64,000 nucleotides of DNA. It comes from Octopus vulgaris. Taxonomy: Eukaryota. The stretch covers positions 76,818,001-76,882,000 of the forward strand of contig OX597826.1 in the NCBI GenBank assembly GCA_951406725.2, read 5' to 3'. Below are positions 27,458 to 41,902 of the stretch, piece by piece. The translations under genes were made by a program, and so were the position numbers. The notes beneath the pieces are model-generated. The model had not been told where the DNA came from. It made no database searches and saw nothing but the letters and a program-made list of their open reading frames with translations. Each line of letters starts with the position of its first letter. Positions within the stretch are counted from its first letter, which is position 1.

Positions 27458-27548
27458 ATAAATATATTGATGTTTATATTAATAGATCCAATTTATACGG
27501 TACATATTTGAACTTCTCTGCATTAAGATCTGGAATATAAGATCTTTT

Positions 27549-27673
27549 GTACCCTGATGACAGAGGATCGTCTTATCCAATGTTAACTGTATCCATTACG
27601 ACTGCATATTGTGATGAACTACAACTACCAACACTATGACGGATACCCGAGCCCCCAGAAACATCTGTTGGAC
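27549..27673 (+). ncRNA. Degenerate hammerhead motif with ~95-nt stem II region
   Basis: cc-CUGAUGA (27554-27560) ... GAAA (27658-27661)-caucug-UU-gga; stem III is one change from the palindrome cagcug. Confidence 0.4.
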
Positions 27674-27899
27674 TTATAACACCTTTATTTCACCCCTTTA
27701 ATTTTCTCTATATCGTTTGTACTCTGTGTAAATTAGATCTATTAATATAAATACCTGCATATTTATATTTCGTTTTTGGATTGACAAGGCTGCAAGACGC
27801 AACGAAAATTTGAGAAGAAAAAAAGAAAGAAGTGGAAATTTTACCGGTGAGTGTGTTACATTATAAGGCATCAGAAGAGAATGACTCTCCCCAGACACA

Positions 27900-28910
27900 A
27901 CAGTATATATTTATAATTAAATATTAAGCGTCTAAAAGTCTCCACGAAGGTGAGAAAGGTGAGAAAGTTTGACGCCCTTCAACACGAAGGAACACGAAGA
28001 AATCAACACAGAGACTATAAAAAAAAAACTTGTGGATTTAGCGGTTAGTCATGGCGACTTGTTGGACAAAAGTAGTTAGATAGGAGAGCTAGGAAGAAAG
28101 GGAGATAATAAAGTACTGGTGGTCCGAAAATGAGGGTGCCTGTGTGTTTTTCAATGTGAGAGTGTATGTGCGTCTGTAATGTGTGGGTGGGTGATTGATG
28201 GTGTGGGTGCTGGGAAGTGGTCAGTGCTAGTGTGTGCGGAGTGGTGTGGAGTGGTGTGATGTGATATGATGGTGTGTCGGTGTGTGATGTGGTGTGGTGT
28301 TAGTGTGGGGATGTGAAGTTGGGTGTGGGTTTAGGGTGAGGTAAGGACGTGCGGGTAAGGGTGGAGTGTGTGGGAGTGAGATTTGTGGGGAGTCGTGGAT
28401 AGAGGTGGTATAAATGAAGGGAGAAGGTCGGTAGGAGTGAAGAGAGGAAATAGGTGTCAGGGCAAGAGAAGAGAGGAGGGGAGTCAGATGAAGAGGTGAG
28501 GGGAGTTGAGCCCATGTAGAGCAAAAGAGCGAAGAGAGAAGATTAAAAAAACTTTTCACGGCGAAGATGGGAGTCTGGATGGCCGCTGTTCAAAGAGAAA
28601 TCGAACACAGGTAGATGTTGTAATGAAAGAAAGGTAGAGCGGAAATGGAACGCGACCGGGGTGTCATTGCCGAGTCTAATGCCTCGGAGGTGCTCCGAGA
28701 ACTGGTCAGCCAAGCGGCGTCCCGTTTGACCGATGTACAGAGAAGGGCAGAAAGAGCAGGAGATGCTGTAAATGACGTTGCTAGAAATGCAGGTAAAGGA
28801 GTCAGTGATATGATAGGTACGATGATGGGTGCCTGTGAGGATGATGGTGTTGGAGAGGCAGAGGCAAGTGCGGCAATCCATTCTACTATCACTTCCATGT
28901 GGTGTCTCTG
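27900..28910 (-). mobile_element. Penelope-like element 3' fragment with GIY-YIG endonuclease (coding remnant ~28490-28881)
   Basis: FTCISSNVIYSISCSFCPSLYIGQTGRRLADQFSEH...VAFHF: C..NVIY.I.C..C...YIGQT.R.L....EH is the PLE GIY-YIG signature; frameshifted C-terminus, pyrimidine-rich 3' UTR. Confidence 0.88.
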
Positions 28911-29140
28911 AACATACTGGCTTATTATGTGCTAGTTTATGATAGAATCCCCTCTAGGTCCTGTCTCTCAAATTTGCCCAAATGAAGTAGTGAATCAGAT
29001 AGAGCTGCCCGTCGCAGCACTTCTTTACCTTTCTTGCCCTCTTGACGGTTCGATAAACATTTGTGGGATTTTTGATTTAATACATCTACATCTTCCCTCA
29101 TAGATCTGCGATTATAGTTTTATATATTATGTGTGTTGTG

Positions 29141-29313
<173 letters not shown>

Positions 29314-29314
29314 T

Positions 29315-29417
29315 TGTATGAAAAGTCCTGAGCCTCAAAAAAATTTAAAAAACATGGTACAAGACTTCTGATGAAGGTACAAGATTCCAAGGCTCAAAAT
29401 TTTTTATACACCCCTCG
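29315..29417. mobile_element. Mariner-type MITE, left terminus eroded
   Basis: tgtatgaaaagtcctgagcct ... aggctcaaaattttttatacacccctcg|ta; homologous to 32261-32368. Confidence 0.7.
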
Positions 29418-29963
29418 TATATATGCACACACACACATGCGCGCACGCACACGCACGCACACACACGTAGGTTATCTCTTTGTCTCTCATCATATATTTA
29501 GGGTTTAACAATATATTTAAATGATAAGTAATCATATTTATATCATATTTAGGACTTAACATTCAAGCTTAACCCTAAAGCATGTTCGTTTTGTAATCAC
29601 TTGGAATCAGATTTTTGTTCTCCTTCCATTTTCTTACCATGTCTTGTATTTTCGTTCTGTTGTAAACTACGTTTAACTACAATGACCTAAAGCTCCCCCT
29701 AAATAATAAATCATAGACGTACCGTATACGCATACAGTATATATATATATATATATATATTTGTGAAGATGTGTGTGTGTATGCGTATCTTTGCACACAC
29801 ATATTTATGCATGAGTGTTCATATTCATATATACACACATATATACTTTGGTACATTTACAAAGTTCCTTTTACATGAAAGTATTAGTATACGTAATATT
29901 TTATTTATATATTTCGCCTAATATATTCATATATAAATATATGATTACATGAATATTCATACA

Positions 29964-30031
<68 letters not shown>

Positions 30032-30064
30032 GTATGTAAGTGTATATATATATATATATATGTA

Positions 30065-30136
<72 letters not shown>

Positions 30137-30151
30137 TTGTATGTGTATGTT

Positions 30152-30185
<34 letters not shown>

Positions 30186-30509
30186 CTTGCCTACATGTGT
30201 GTGTGTGTGTGTGCGCGCGTAAATTATGCATACGTATATCTAAAATCTAATTATTCTTATCAAAAATGAAATATTGATGTAAACTAGTTGACCAATCACT
30301 GTCAAAAGCATGTTTCAAAGCAGCCAAAACACATGGCAGTTTAAATATTGAAGTAGTGAAAAATACTAAGAACTCGCTAACATTTTAAAGATTCATGATA
30401 TATTTGAGAAAAAAAAAGCAAGCATCATGTTGTAAGTGAGAAATATCAATTACAGGGTTCTACCTCGGGCTCGTTCTACCTCGTTGTAACAAGGACAAGA
30501 CTTAGGACT

Positions 30510-33250
30510 GTCTTTCTCTTACTTGAACAGTAGAAACAACAGCCAAAGTGTTTTTCTGAAAATCATATCCTGCAATTATAAATAAAATACAGGCATGTGA
30601 TAATGCGTTTCTAGCAGAGCTTTGTCTGAAAATATGGCGGAATGTTTGTGGCTGGAATAATCTTGATGTTGGGTTTTAGTTGTTAAAGATGTAGTTGAGG
30701 GTAGACACCAGCGATCTCCGATTATCTTAAAAGGAAAGAAGAAAGAAGAAAAGAAAAGAAAGAAAACAAAAAAATGTTATGGATGCTCTACTTTGTTGCT
30801 TGACCTGGTAGAAATAGCAACTAAATGTTCTTGTATTTACTCGCTTGCCTCTTAAAGAGAAAAGTTACGTTTCGTAGAGTGATTCTAGACGTATTTCGAA
30901 ACGATAAACAGTGAGATCGTTGCGATGGGAGCACTGGATCAGTAATGGCATGAACTAAATATCACCATCACCACCACCAACAACAACAGCAACAGCCGTC
31001 CAAGAATTTGGACCTGGAGATCTCTATTTCCAGCGACTTGGAGGGCCACCTCCCAGTGGTGTCGGGCGTCAACGAAGAGCCCTCGACTACAAGACGACCA
31101 AAGATTTTTTCCCCCAAGGTCTGGGGTCTCCTGCCCCTAAGCCCTAGACCATGACCTAATCTTACCCGTCTTGTTGCTTAACAACAACAATAACAACAAC
31201 AACAACAACAACAGCAGCAGCAGCAACATCAATAACAACAACAGTAGCAACTTTGGCTTTATCTTCTGTATATGTACGTAGAATGTTTAGATCCTTCCTT
31301 TTAGCGTAGCGAATCAAGCTGACGTAGCAGAGAATTTGGTTTGAATTCATTATTGTGGATGACGTCCATCTTCGCTTCAATTGAGTCTGCGTACAATTTG
31401 AAACATTGTTAAGAAATCCATAGAAAAGCTGTATAAGGTCTCGGGAAACGCTAGTTGATTTGTCGTGTTTTTTGCGCATCCTGTCACTGACAGGGTAATA
31501 TAATCAAATACCAGCCGACCATTGTTGGATATCAAAGCCCCAGTCTATGCGGATGAAATTAAATTGTGCAGAGAATAATGGGTTATCGCTACAAATATCA
31601 CAAATACCATAAAAATTGGTCAACGCTGGAACATCTCTGGCCAACAAAGGAACGTCAACCCGGTCGCACGTCTTTCTAGAAATAGCAGCCACATCTCCCT
31701 CAAAATAACACTATACCCTTCTGAAAATATATTACATTAGATAGTATATTCTTAGATAAACTATTTCTAAATAAAGATAGGATCGACACGGTTGGAGCGT
31801 CTTTGATTAAAGGTCTACAGCATCAAAGCTGAGTTGGTTTTAAATAGCAACAAATGACAAACTTTGCATTGAAATTTAGTACTGAGTTCAATTTCTGCAG
31901 AGGCTGAAACCAGAGAAATGAAATCTGGGGTAAAAGGGGTTAGTAGAGGTTTTGATTAGGGTCCGCTGTTTTACTCCAGATCAGTTTTGATGAATCCCAT
32001 CTAGCATCAGGAGCATCCCTGCATCGTTCACTCTGTTGCTTTTTTTCTGGATGGGTAGTATGTTCACTATTACATTATCGAAAGGTTCTTTGGTTTTCTA
32101 AGGTAGGTTATGTGATTTAAGATACTTCACCCTCCAAGGACTTCTTTGGTTTCCCATAAGTCAATCTCAGACCATAAGAAATGTGAACAATTGCATTTCA
32201 ACCGTGACCAATCTGTCTTTTTGCTACTACGTAGAACTACACTACTGTCCGTTTATCTTACGAGGGGTGTAAGAACTTAAAAAAAACATAGTCCAAGACT
32301 TCTGATGAAGGTACACGATTTCAAAGCTCAAAGGCCTTGAAGGCTCAAAACTTTTCATACATCCCTCGTACTTAAGGCAGCAGAGTACGATTTCTAGCTG
32401 TTCAAGAGATCATACAGAATCATTGACTAGAATAGTGATGGAAGAACTGAAGCAGGTCGAAAGGGAAAATAACCACCGGCACCAGCACCACCACCACCAC
32501 TGCTTCGTCAAAGAAATATTAGTAGACCAAGATTAAATTACTTAACTTTTGGTGTGCATTTATTTCTTATCAGGTAACGAAAACTCAGTTCAGCTTGGAG
32601 ATATGCATTGCCGGCTTTGAAATTATTCTAAAAACGTAAAGGATTTATCCGCCAACGAACAAGTAATCTCTCATTTTGCTAGTTATAGAAATCTCGCATC
32701 AATAGAAACCTCTTCTGAAGGGACATATTGGTTAATGTATTCTTTGATAAATTGGCTGAAATAATAATAATAGGATGGACATGACTTGACTGGATTTAAT
32801 ATTCAATATCTTAATTCAACGACAACGATGACGACAATAGAAACTTCACATGGTTGACCTCCACCTACAAGAAAATGCAGCCAAATCTCTTATAAATTTC
32901 CACCTACTTCAAACTAAACAGTCTACTGAATACTGAACACAAAATACACAATATTTGAAAGAAGGGAATAAAATTATGATCAGTACTGGGAGGTCTTTAA
33001 TCTGATGCAGCAATCAAGGTTAGTCTATGAATAATCAGTTACAAGAACTATCAAAAGAACCTGTATACTATGTCTCGGTCATTTAGAAATAGAAGCCAAA
33101 TATCTCAAAGATCTGCACTTAAGCTTCATAAATAAAGGAGAACGTATTAGATGTGACACTTCCCGACGTATTGTTTCAAGAGAAAAGAAAAGGACAGATG
33201 GTCGTGGCTTTTAACAGTTTTTCTAGATTAGAGGTAAGACACGAAATTAA
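30510..33250. repeat. Cluster of old ~200-bp dispersed repeat copies in both orientations
   Basis: Recurrent tagaaatagcagccaaatct...ggatggtc...ctgga...ctttgatc...aaacaac variants near 30530, 30810, 31680, 32870, 33085 (+) and 31960, 32150 (-); also near 130, 3090, 12380, 23500, 24070. Confidence 0.6.
32261..32368. mobile_element. Mariner-type MITE
   Basis: ta|cgaggggtgta ... tacatccctcg|ta; TIRs and TA target duplication. Confidence 0.8.
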
Positions 33251-34223
33251 AAACCAAAACACCAAAGCAACAACAAAGACATTACCACCAATATCCGAGA
33301 AGGTAACTCAACATTCAAGAATCATCGAACATTTCTCATATCCACAAAGTGCCATCCAAAAAAATAACAAACAAACAAAAAAAAAACAAGGTGTGGGAAT
33401 ATACTAGATTGGTTTTGTTCGCTTCTATCAGAATCTAAACAAGAGTAATGAAACAATAACAACAAAATGTGTTCAGAGTTGTACGCAAACTGTCCAATTT
33501 ACTGACGACATTAATATTAACGCTGTTATATTTAGTTATTAGTTTGTTAAGAAGCGAAATAAGAAAAAATCTCTCTGCTGCAACACATTAAGTTTTCTGT
33601 TCAAGTACAGCAATTTTAACTGCAAAAATTTCACCTTCCTCTTCGTTTCTTCTCAAACACGGGATTAATACGGTTTTTTCGAGCTTACACATCGAAGATT
33701 ACTTTTGATTTTAGCATTTACTATTCTTTGTTTCACTGTCAAGCTCACGAATAGTATGACACGTATGGGAATTATCGAATAGTCTCCACTTTTAAAAGAT
33801 TTCCTTATCACAGTTTTGACCTTACACAAGTTCCCTGAAGTATTTCTCATATTTTTCTCTTTATTTTCGTTCATTATATGTTTTGTTTTAATTTTTTTTC
33901 TCCTTCCATTTTCTCTGCTAGTTACTGATCCAGATTCTCCGTAAATGACAGCAAGTTTCGTTGTAGTTTTCCTCTTTAAGATTTAATACCATTCGCAATT
34001 CTCTGTTTGTTTATGGTTCTTTTTTCTGTTTTCTTTTGTTTTTCCCTCCCGAGAACAATGCGTGCAAAACTATGAGGAATTAACCTTGACAAACAACTTT
34101 TAACTTCTACATTAAGAATGTTCTACATAAACCTTAAACCAAAGATTCTCCAGAATATCGATGTACCATTATTAACTAGATCACCCTCGCGTGTACAGAC
34201 GCACACACCTATACATACGTATG

Positions 34224-34277
<54 letters not shown>

Positions 34278-34818
34278 TAGATAGTATGTATGTATATATG
34301 CATGTATGCATAACGAGAGAGTCACAGATAAAGAGAAAGACAGGCAGACCGAGTGGTGAATGAAGAGAAAATTATTCACAAAGAATTAAAATTAAGGAAA
34401 GAAAGATTGGACAGAAATCGGTAGAGGAAATACAAAAAAAATAAAAGATAGGATGAGAGACTGATAGAGAGAAAAATAGGCAGAAATAGGTAGGAATAGA
34501 AATATAGATAGAGGAGAGAAAAACAAAGGTGGAGCGGTAAGATAGAAGGACGAGAGAAATTTGGGCTCGATGGAAAGAAATAAGTAAAGAATGAAACGTT
34601 ATTGGAAGATTTGGATGACGAAAGAAACTGGAGAAATATGAAATAAGGTAGAATGAAAGAGGGAAAGTATATGGAGACGAAGGCGAAACTAAAAACAACA
34701 ATTAATGAAATAAAGTGCTTTAAAATTTCTAGAATGAGACGAAACAAAATATAATAGAGAATATAAAAAAGGGGAGCAAAAAACATCGGATGCAATGATG
34801 GAGATAAATCATTATCAT

Positions 34819-34849
<31 letters not shown>

Positions 34850-34855
34850 AGCAGC

Positions 34856-35070
34856 ACTCCACGATGTTCCGGCAGGGGGTGGTGGCGACCCCTGTTGTAC
34901 TCTTTCGCCCCAACTTGCTCTCACTCTTTCTTCCTGTTTCTTGTCCCCGACTTCCTACGCAACCGCTGAGCCACTTGGTGTCGGGGGTTGACCTGCCTTC
35001 TCTTCTGCGGGTCTTACGAATAGCAAAGGACCACGTTTCGGACTTCTAGGACGAAGACCGCTTCGCTCAA
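34856..35070 (+). mobile_element. 5'-truncated copy of the alternative-tail family C SINE, in (CAG)n
   Basis: Matches 23757-24005 with internal deletions. Confidence 0.8.
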
Positions 35071-35085
35071 GAAACAAACAAATAA

Positions 35086-35125
<40 letters not shown>

Positions 35126-36169
35126 GCAGCAGCATCATATTCAAGTTAACTATTGAGCCCGATGTCTGGAAATGTGTCTTCTAGCTTCAGAACTAACGGT
35201 TTTGTGTCCATGTTAGAAATCCTTGTTGCTTATGATTGCTGTTGTTGTAGTTGTAGTTGTTGTCGTCGTTGTTGTTCTTATTGTCACTTGCCGCCAAAAC
35301 CTGGACTGCTCATTAAAAATGCACCAACGCATATTTCTCTTGCTACAATTACAAATGTGTTCGATGTCATTCTACCAGAAACCATGTACAGATATTAAAC
35401 CAAACAGAAAAGAGAAGCAATTCTGTGCAGATGCCTGTCGACGAAAATACACAAATTAAAGCAGATGCCTTCAGACCAAGCTGAACTATATTTAAATAAT
35501 ATATAGAATGGCATCGGTTTTATGGGATATGCCCCCTAATTCGTGTATAACTAGTTATGTTCCAGTCTAAAATTCTAACTCGGAAGCAGTCCACAACCCA
35601 AAAACTTCACGTTCATGCCGATTTATCTTAAATGAAGAATGATCCGACTGAAACTCACAAATATACCAAATTAAACTACATTTTGTGGCTGATAAAATCT
35701 GAAATTTACAAAATTCTTACACGCTTCTATAAATAAAGTGGTATTATTCATTTTTACAAAACGAATGGACGGCGTTAACGTGAAATGAAACGTTTTGCTC
35801 AAGAACACAACGCATAACACGAGGCATGGCTAATTTAACTTTATACACGTTAAGTTCGTTTTTGTATGTCATGGGGGCATTCAAATGTGAGAACTCATAC
35901 GGTGTAATGTGATGAATATATAGGAAATACATGTTGTTGCATTATGTCCAGCTGACGAGCTTAAGTATATTTTTCATACAGAAAGCTAAATCAATTAACC
36001 CCGGAATTTACGCATTCCTTACTTCTGTAGTTCATACACGGTAAGCCTATTTCTATTATGTTTGTTGCATTCACCGTGTGTATTTTAATTGTGAGTAATT
36101 TGTGGTTTTAGAGAGCGATAGGTATGTTTATAGCAAGTGGTATTTTAATACCCTACTGAATTCTGTATA

Positions 36170-36566
36170 TCTCTCTCTATATATATGAAGCTGAGGTTGT
36201 CTGTGGATGGCAGGTTTGGTAGCCTTCAACTAACACTATCTCCTCCGAGGCTCTGCAGTGCAAGTTGACCAAAATTGAGAGTGTGATAAAAGAAGGCTTG
36301 CTCTTCCTTCCGTAGAAGAAAAAATTCAAATCGGACCATGTTAACACCAAAAATTATTTACATAAAAAATGTGCTTTTTTTCTTTAAAAATCCCTATCTT
36401 TTTAACGATTTTTTTACTACTGTGTCGCTATTTTTCGGTGTATTTCAATCAGAAAAATGTTCACTTAAAGAGAATAACAAGCTACATGATGCAAAATTTT
36501 TACTTTTCAAAAATTCCAATTCTAAAGGGTCGAAACAAACCCGAGCAACGCTGGGCGTTACTACTA

Positions 36567-36567
<1 letters not shown>
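36170..36567 (+). mobile_element. Non-autonomous Helitron
   Basis: a|TCtctctctatatata ... cccgagcaacgctgggcgttactaCTAG|t. Confidence 0.85.
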
Positions 36568-36619
<52 letters not shown>

Positions 36620-36750
36620 TAATAAAAGAAAATTGAGAAGAAATATAAGGGATATTTGGTTAATGTATTTGTATCACAGTGTAAAAAAGTAATACATATA
36701 ATATTTGAGGCTTACAGGAACAGAATCGACAAAGGAAATAAACATAAAAG

Positions 36751-36855
36751 AATCTTACACATGTTTCAATCCGGCCATTAGGTTTCGATTATCACCATTG
36801 AAGCGATGTTAGATGTAAAATAACCCTACATTATGACCGGATATCATCGGGGAGG
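36751..36855 (-). ncRNA. Degenerate hammerhead motif with extended stem II
   Basis: Minus strand CCGAUGA-u-auccgguca...uggccggau-u-GAAA-caugug-UA-agau; 9-bp stem II, core U4 changed to C, weak stem I. Confidence 0.45.
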
Positions 36856-37237
36856 ATGTTTACTCTCTGGTGTTGAGCAAAGAAATAACTAACACGAGGA
36901 CCGTATTTTCAAATATTCAAATAACGCAAACAATAATTCATTAAGACGCAGAGGACGTGGGGGGAGAGATTATCGAATGAAATCTTGCTAAAATACTATA
37001 ATGTATTTAAAAAATAGACTTACAAATGTTGATAATAAAGTAGTCGTATAGTTAGAATAAGGGCTCTTAAGTGTATTGAAGACAAATTGAAAGATGAAGT
37101 AGATTTTTGAGGGGAAAAAAATAATCATAAATTTTTTGGGAGATAAACGAGAAAAATAATTAGATATTATATACTAAAATAACTATTCATTATTTAGCAT
37201 TTCAGTATACTAACGTATATATGTGTATATCTATCTA

Positions 37238-37284
<47 letters not shown>

Positions 37285-37286
<2 letters not shown>

Positions 37287-37490
37287 TGTTTGTGTTTGTC
37301 CACCCCACCCCATCACTTGATGATCCGCATTGCTGTTTGCATCTCCGTAACTTAGCGGTTCCACAAATGTGACAGATAGAATAAGTACCAGGCTTAAGAA
37401 CTGTCCAGGGATCGATACATTCGACCAAAAGGTCAAGGCGGTGCTTCAGCATGGCCGTAGTCTAATGACTGTAACAAATAAAAGAACAGA
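37285..37490 (+). mobile_element. SINE family B 3' half
   Basis: ccgtaacttagcggttcc...gatagaataagtaccaggctt...aaggcggtgcttcagcatggccg. Confidence 0.75.
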
Positions 37491-37995
37491 ATTAGTGCAA
37501 CACCCTAACCACGCCCTTCGACACACGCTCATACATGCACACACATATGGGGGAAGTGTGGTATATGTATACGTGAGTGTGTGCGAAAAAGAGAGAGAGA
37601 GAGGGAGAGAGAGAGAAAGAAAGAAAGAAAGAGAGAAAGAAAGAAATAGAGGAGAGAGAAGGAAGGAAAAAAGGGTACAGATATTTCGGATTCACCTGAG
37701 ATTCGAAATTGTGTTAGAGTTTTCAGCTGACCCGGAGGATTTGCCATTGGTTTGCAGTGCTTATGTGACACGATTTTATGCATTTGTTGCAGCCTCGAGT
37801 CAACTAATTAGGGTTTCATGCAAAAGTGCTCTTTTATAAACGCATAGGTAGTTGCACACACACACACACACACTCCACAAATATATGTAACGACACACGC
37901 ATCTGGGTATTCGGTATTCGATCACCCATAAATATGATTATAATGACATATGCATGTGTGTTCTAAAGTGGACATATATATACATACATCCACGA

Positions 37996-38028
<33 letters not shown>

Positions 38029-38896
38029 TACACACTCACATATACATGCATACATATACACACCTATATTTTATATTTTTTATTTTTTTATATTTTATCT
38101 AGTTTCAGCTCACGAGCTGTGGCCATGCTGGGGCACCGCCTATATCTATGCATATGCACATACATATACATACATAGATATGTGTGTGTGTGAGTGTGTG
38201 TGTGTGTGTGTGAGTGCTGTGGCTAAGTCACACACATATAACTGATACTCATATACAGATTGACGCATAAACACACACGTCCAGACACACGTCCACACAC
38301 ACGTCCACACACACGTCCACACGGACACAGGTATGATTAGGCTTTAGTTTATATTGATTTATTTTTCAGAAGGATTTTAATGTTCTATATTCTTTTTATA
38401 CCATTTATTGTTATTATTCCCCCCCCCCACTCCCCACCCTTTTTTTTTTTTTTTTACTTTGTTTCGTTTTTCGTTGCTTTTGGCAACGTAAACACGCTTT
38501 TTTAACCTCGGATCATTCATTATCTGAGATTTCTTGATAATTTATTCATGTAAATTTGCCTATTTTCTTAAAATATAATGACGTCGAATATGTTCTGTTT
38601 AATAATATGAGCATATACAAACCTATTTTGCACTTACACATTCGACACAAAACCAAACTCTCACACACACACACACTCATATATTTACATTTATATATTT
38701 TTCTAATGTATTTCATATTTGATATTTGGTATTTATTGTTTATTTTGTGAATTTTTTATGTCTGCCTTTTCTTTAATTCTTTCCTTTTTTCTCCTTCTTT
38801 TCTTTCTTTGTTTTCTATTTCTATTTGTTCCATTTATGATTTTGTGGTTAGGTTTGTTTCCTAACTAGAAAAAAAATTTATGTCTGTGTGTACATG

Positions 38897-39290
<394 letters not shown>

Positions 39291-39963
39291 TTTGTCTATC
39301 AAGCAATCTATCTATCAATTTATCCTCATACACAGGTCTGTGTGTGTGTGTGTGTCTGTGTGTGTGTATGTATGTGTGGAACCATTTATACTTAAAAAGT
39401 CCTTTAGTCATGTCGGTTTGTACAGACACGATTCCCTAATACACTGAAACGTATAGGCAACGGGTCTTATAATTTTTCAATAACTATCTTAAACCAACTA
39501 GGTGAGTCATGTCATAGGATATTCAACTTTCTCGATGCCACTTTGAACCTAACTAACTCACAGTTCTCTCATTACAGAAAATCAAACTACAAGCATTTAC
39601 TCTCAAACCACCTACATAGATTTTTTGATCCTTCTCTTTAAGTAGTTCTTGACGCTTTTCCAGCCTCTTTTCCAACAAATCTGCATTAACAAACTAGCTA
39701 ATTTCTATAATGTTGCATTAGCATAAGCTGTAATCTCCATAAAATCACCTAAAATGATAGCTTACAGCCCACCACTTAAAGACATTACAGTTCTATTTAA
39801 AAATATTTTTAGTAAAACACTTACCGTTTTAGCTAAAATATTTTCCAGCCTCTTGCTACGATTTCTAAACCTGATCAATTGTAGTAATTTTTCATCAAGC
39901 TGCCATTCATAAACTTGCAGTTCTCCATACATATTTCTCAAATATTATTTACTTTGCTACTTT

Positions 39964-40180
39964 AAGGCGGTGAGCTGGCAGAATCGTTATCACGCCGAAC
40001 GAACTGCTTAGTGATATTTCGCCCGTCGCTACGTTCCGAGTTTAAATTCCGCCGAGGTCGACTTTGCCTTTCATGCTTCCGAGGTCGATAAATTAAGTAC
40101 CAGTGAAATACTGGGGTCGATGAAATCGACTAGTGCTCTCCCCAAAAAAATTTGAGGCCTTATGCCTCCAGTAGAAATGA
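39964..40180 (+). mobile_element. SINE family A, full length
   Basis: aaggcggtgagctggcagaatcgtta...gagtttaaattccgccgaggtcgactttgcctttcatgcttccgaggtcgataaattaagtaccag; TSD tttact(t/c)tgctac. Confidence 0.87.
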
Positions 40181-40334
40181 TTATTTACTCTGCTACCATA
40201 AAAATGAATACACTTCAGTGAAATCTGAAACACGTTGCAATCATATAAAAATCAACGTCTTTCGAAGCAGCAAAAATAATAGTGAAAACTAGATTAATAA
40301 GCGAAGGAAAATACGAGAAACACCCAGACACATA

Positions 40335-40388
<54 letters not shown>

Positions 40389-41319
40389 TATATATTCCTT
40401 CATCATGTGTTGATTGAAGTTCAGCGGTTTCGGTGCAAAAACACGGCTTCTATCTTCAAAGTGCCAAAAGAATTTTAAAGAACTAAGCGAAGACGATAGA
40501 AGACACCAAGTGTACAAGAATATACGAAAAAGTACGAAACAAATTACGGACAACAGTTATTAAGACATTTTCAGCACAAGAAACTGAGTGAGAAATGTTT
40601 ATTCTTTCTCTTTTGCTGAGACAACTTAATGACTCTTTGGGAAGAATCACTGGCTTAAAATAAAATAAACAAATCGAGAGTGTGCACAAATGTAAACGCA
40701 ATGCAACTCTGAAAAATTATAATTAAAATTCGAAAGTTGGTTCTTCAATAAAAGGATACGAGGAAACAGGAAGGAATGAATAGAATAAATAGAGGTAGGT
40801 TGGAGGCAAAAGCTACAGAACGTGTGTGGAAATTTGGATTATGAGAAAAAAATGTATTGTGAGTGAGAAGAAATATCAGAGAAGGTAAGGAGAGGAGAAA
40901 CCAGAGTGGGAGAGAAAGAGGCAGACAGAGGGATAGAGAGAGAAATAGAGAAGAATTTTGTTCTGTAGGTGTGCCATGGAATCTAGCTTGTTCTTTTCAC
41001 CCTTCTCTACAAGCTTTGAAATGTCTATCATCCTTCAGACATGGAAAATATTTGCTTCACATTACAATTAAAGTAAATTTGATAATAATTAAAAAGCCTA
41101 CCCAAGCCGAAATACAAATATTGGGATGATGATCATCGTCATTTCTTCATTAATCATTAAGGGCAAGAGCAGCACGATGAGCAAGAACGGAAGACGATGC
41201 GATTCGATAGGATTCGGGGTCACATGAAAGCCTATCAAGAGTAAAATAACAGAAACAAAGAAACAAAATAATGCAAACAAAAAAATATATATGTATATAT
41301 AAATATGTATATATATATA

Positions 41320-41384
<65 letters not shown>

Positions 41385-41406
41385 TATATATATATATTTA
41401 TATATA

Positions 41407-41494
<88 letters not shown>

Positions 41495-41579
41495 ATATAT
41501 ATATACGCCATGATAGATCGTTAGCTCCTACACGCATTTTTTCCCTCCTGGTTTCTCTCCTTGATTTTTTCTGTGTATA

Positions 41580-41617
41580 TCTTTCTGTCGAAGAGCGTAG
41601 GTTCGAAACGTAAAAGA
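41580..41617 (+). ncRNA. Minimal hammerhead motif in a PLE-like terminal repeat, core A6 mutated
   Basis: ucuuu-CUGUCGA-a-gagc/guag/guuc-GAAA-cg-UA-aaaga; stem I ucuuu/aaaga. Confidence 0.6.
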
Positions 41618-41741
41618 CTTTTTCTATTTCTATTCCTGAGCGCTATACTACTGCAATTGTTTGTTTGTACTCCACCTGCCTTCGTCTTTTGTTTATTTTC
41701 GTAAACCCTCCCGTTATATATATATATGTAAATATATATAA

Positions 41742-41868
41742 ACGACAGGCTTCTTTCAGTTTCCACCTACCAAATCCACTCACAAGGTTTTGGTTGACCC
41801 GAGGCTATTCTAGAAGACACTTGCCCAAATTGCCATGCAGTGGGACTGAATATAGCCATTCCTGCACC
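41742..41868 (-). mobile_element. SINE family B head, internally deleted
   Basis: Reverse complement of 41903-42066 lacking ~35 bp. Confidence 0.8.
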
Positions 41869-41902
41869 TCATAATACATCTGTTTTGATATATATAGATA
41901 TA

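Noticed and set aside
28645-28911. 88-aa plus-strand ORF
   Set aside because: Antisense shadow of the PLE GIY-YIG coding remnant.
29368-29400. Hammerhead from CTGATGA (also 32302 and 26367)
   Set aside because: No stem II followed by GAAA and stem III; these lie inside a mariner MITE or a Helitron.
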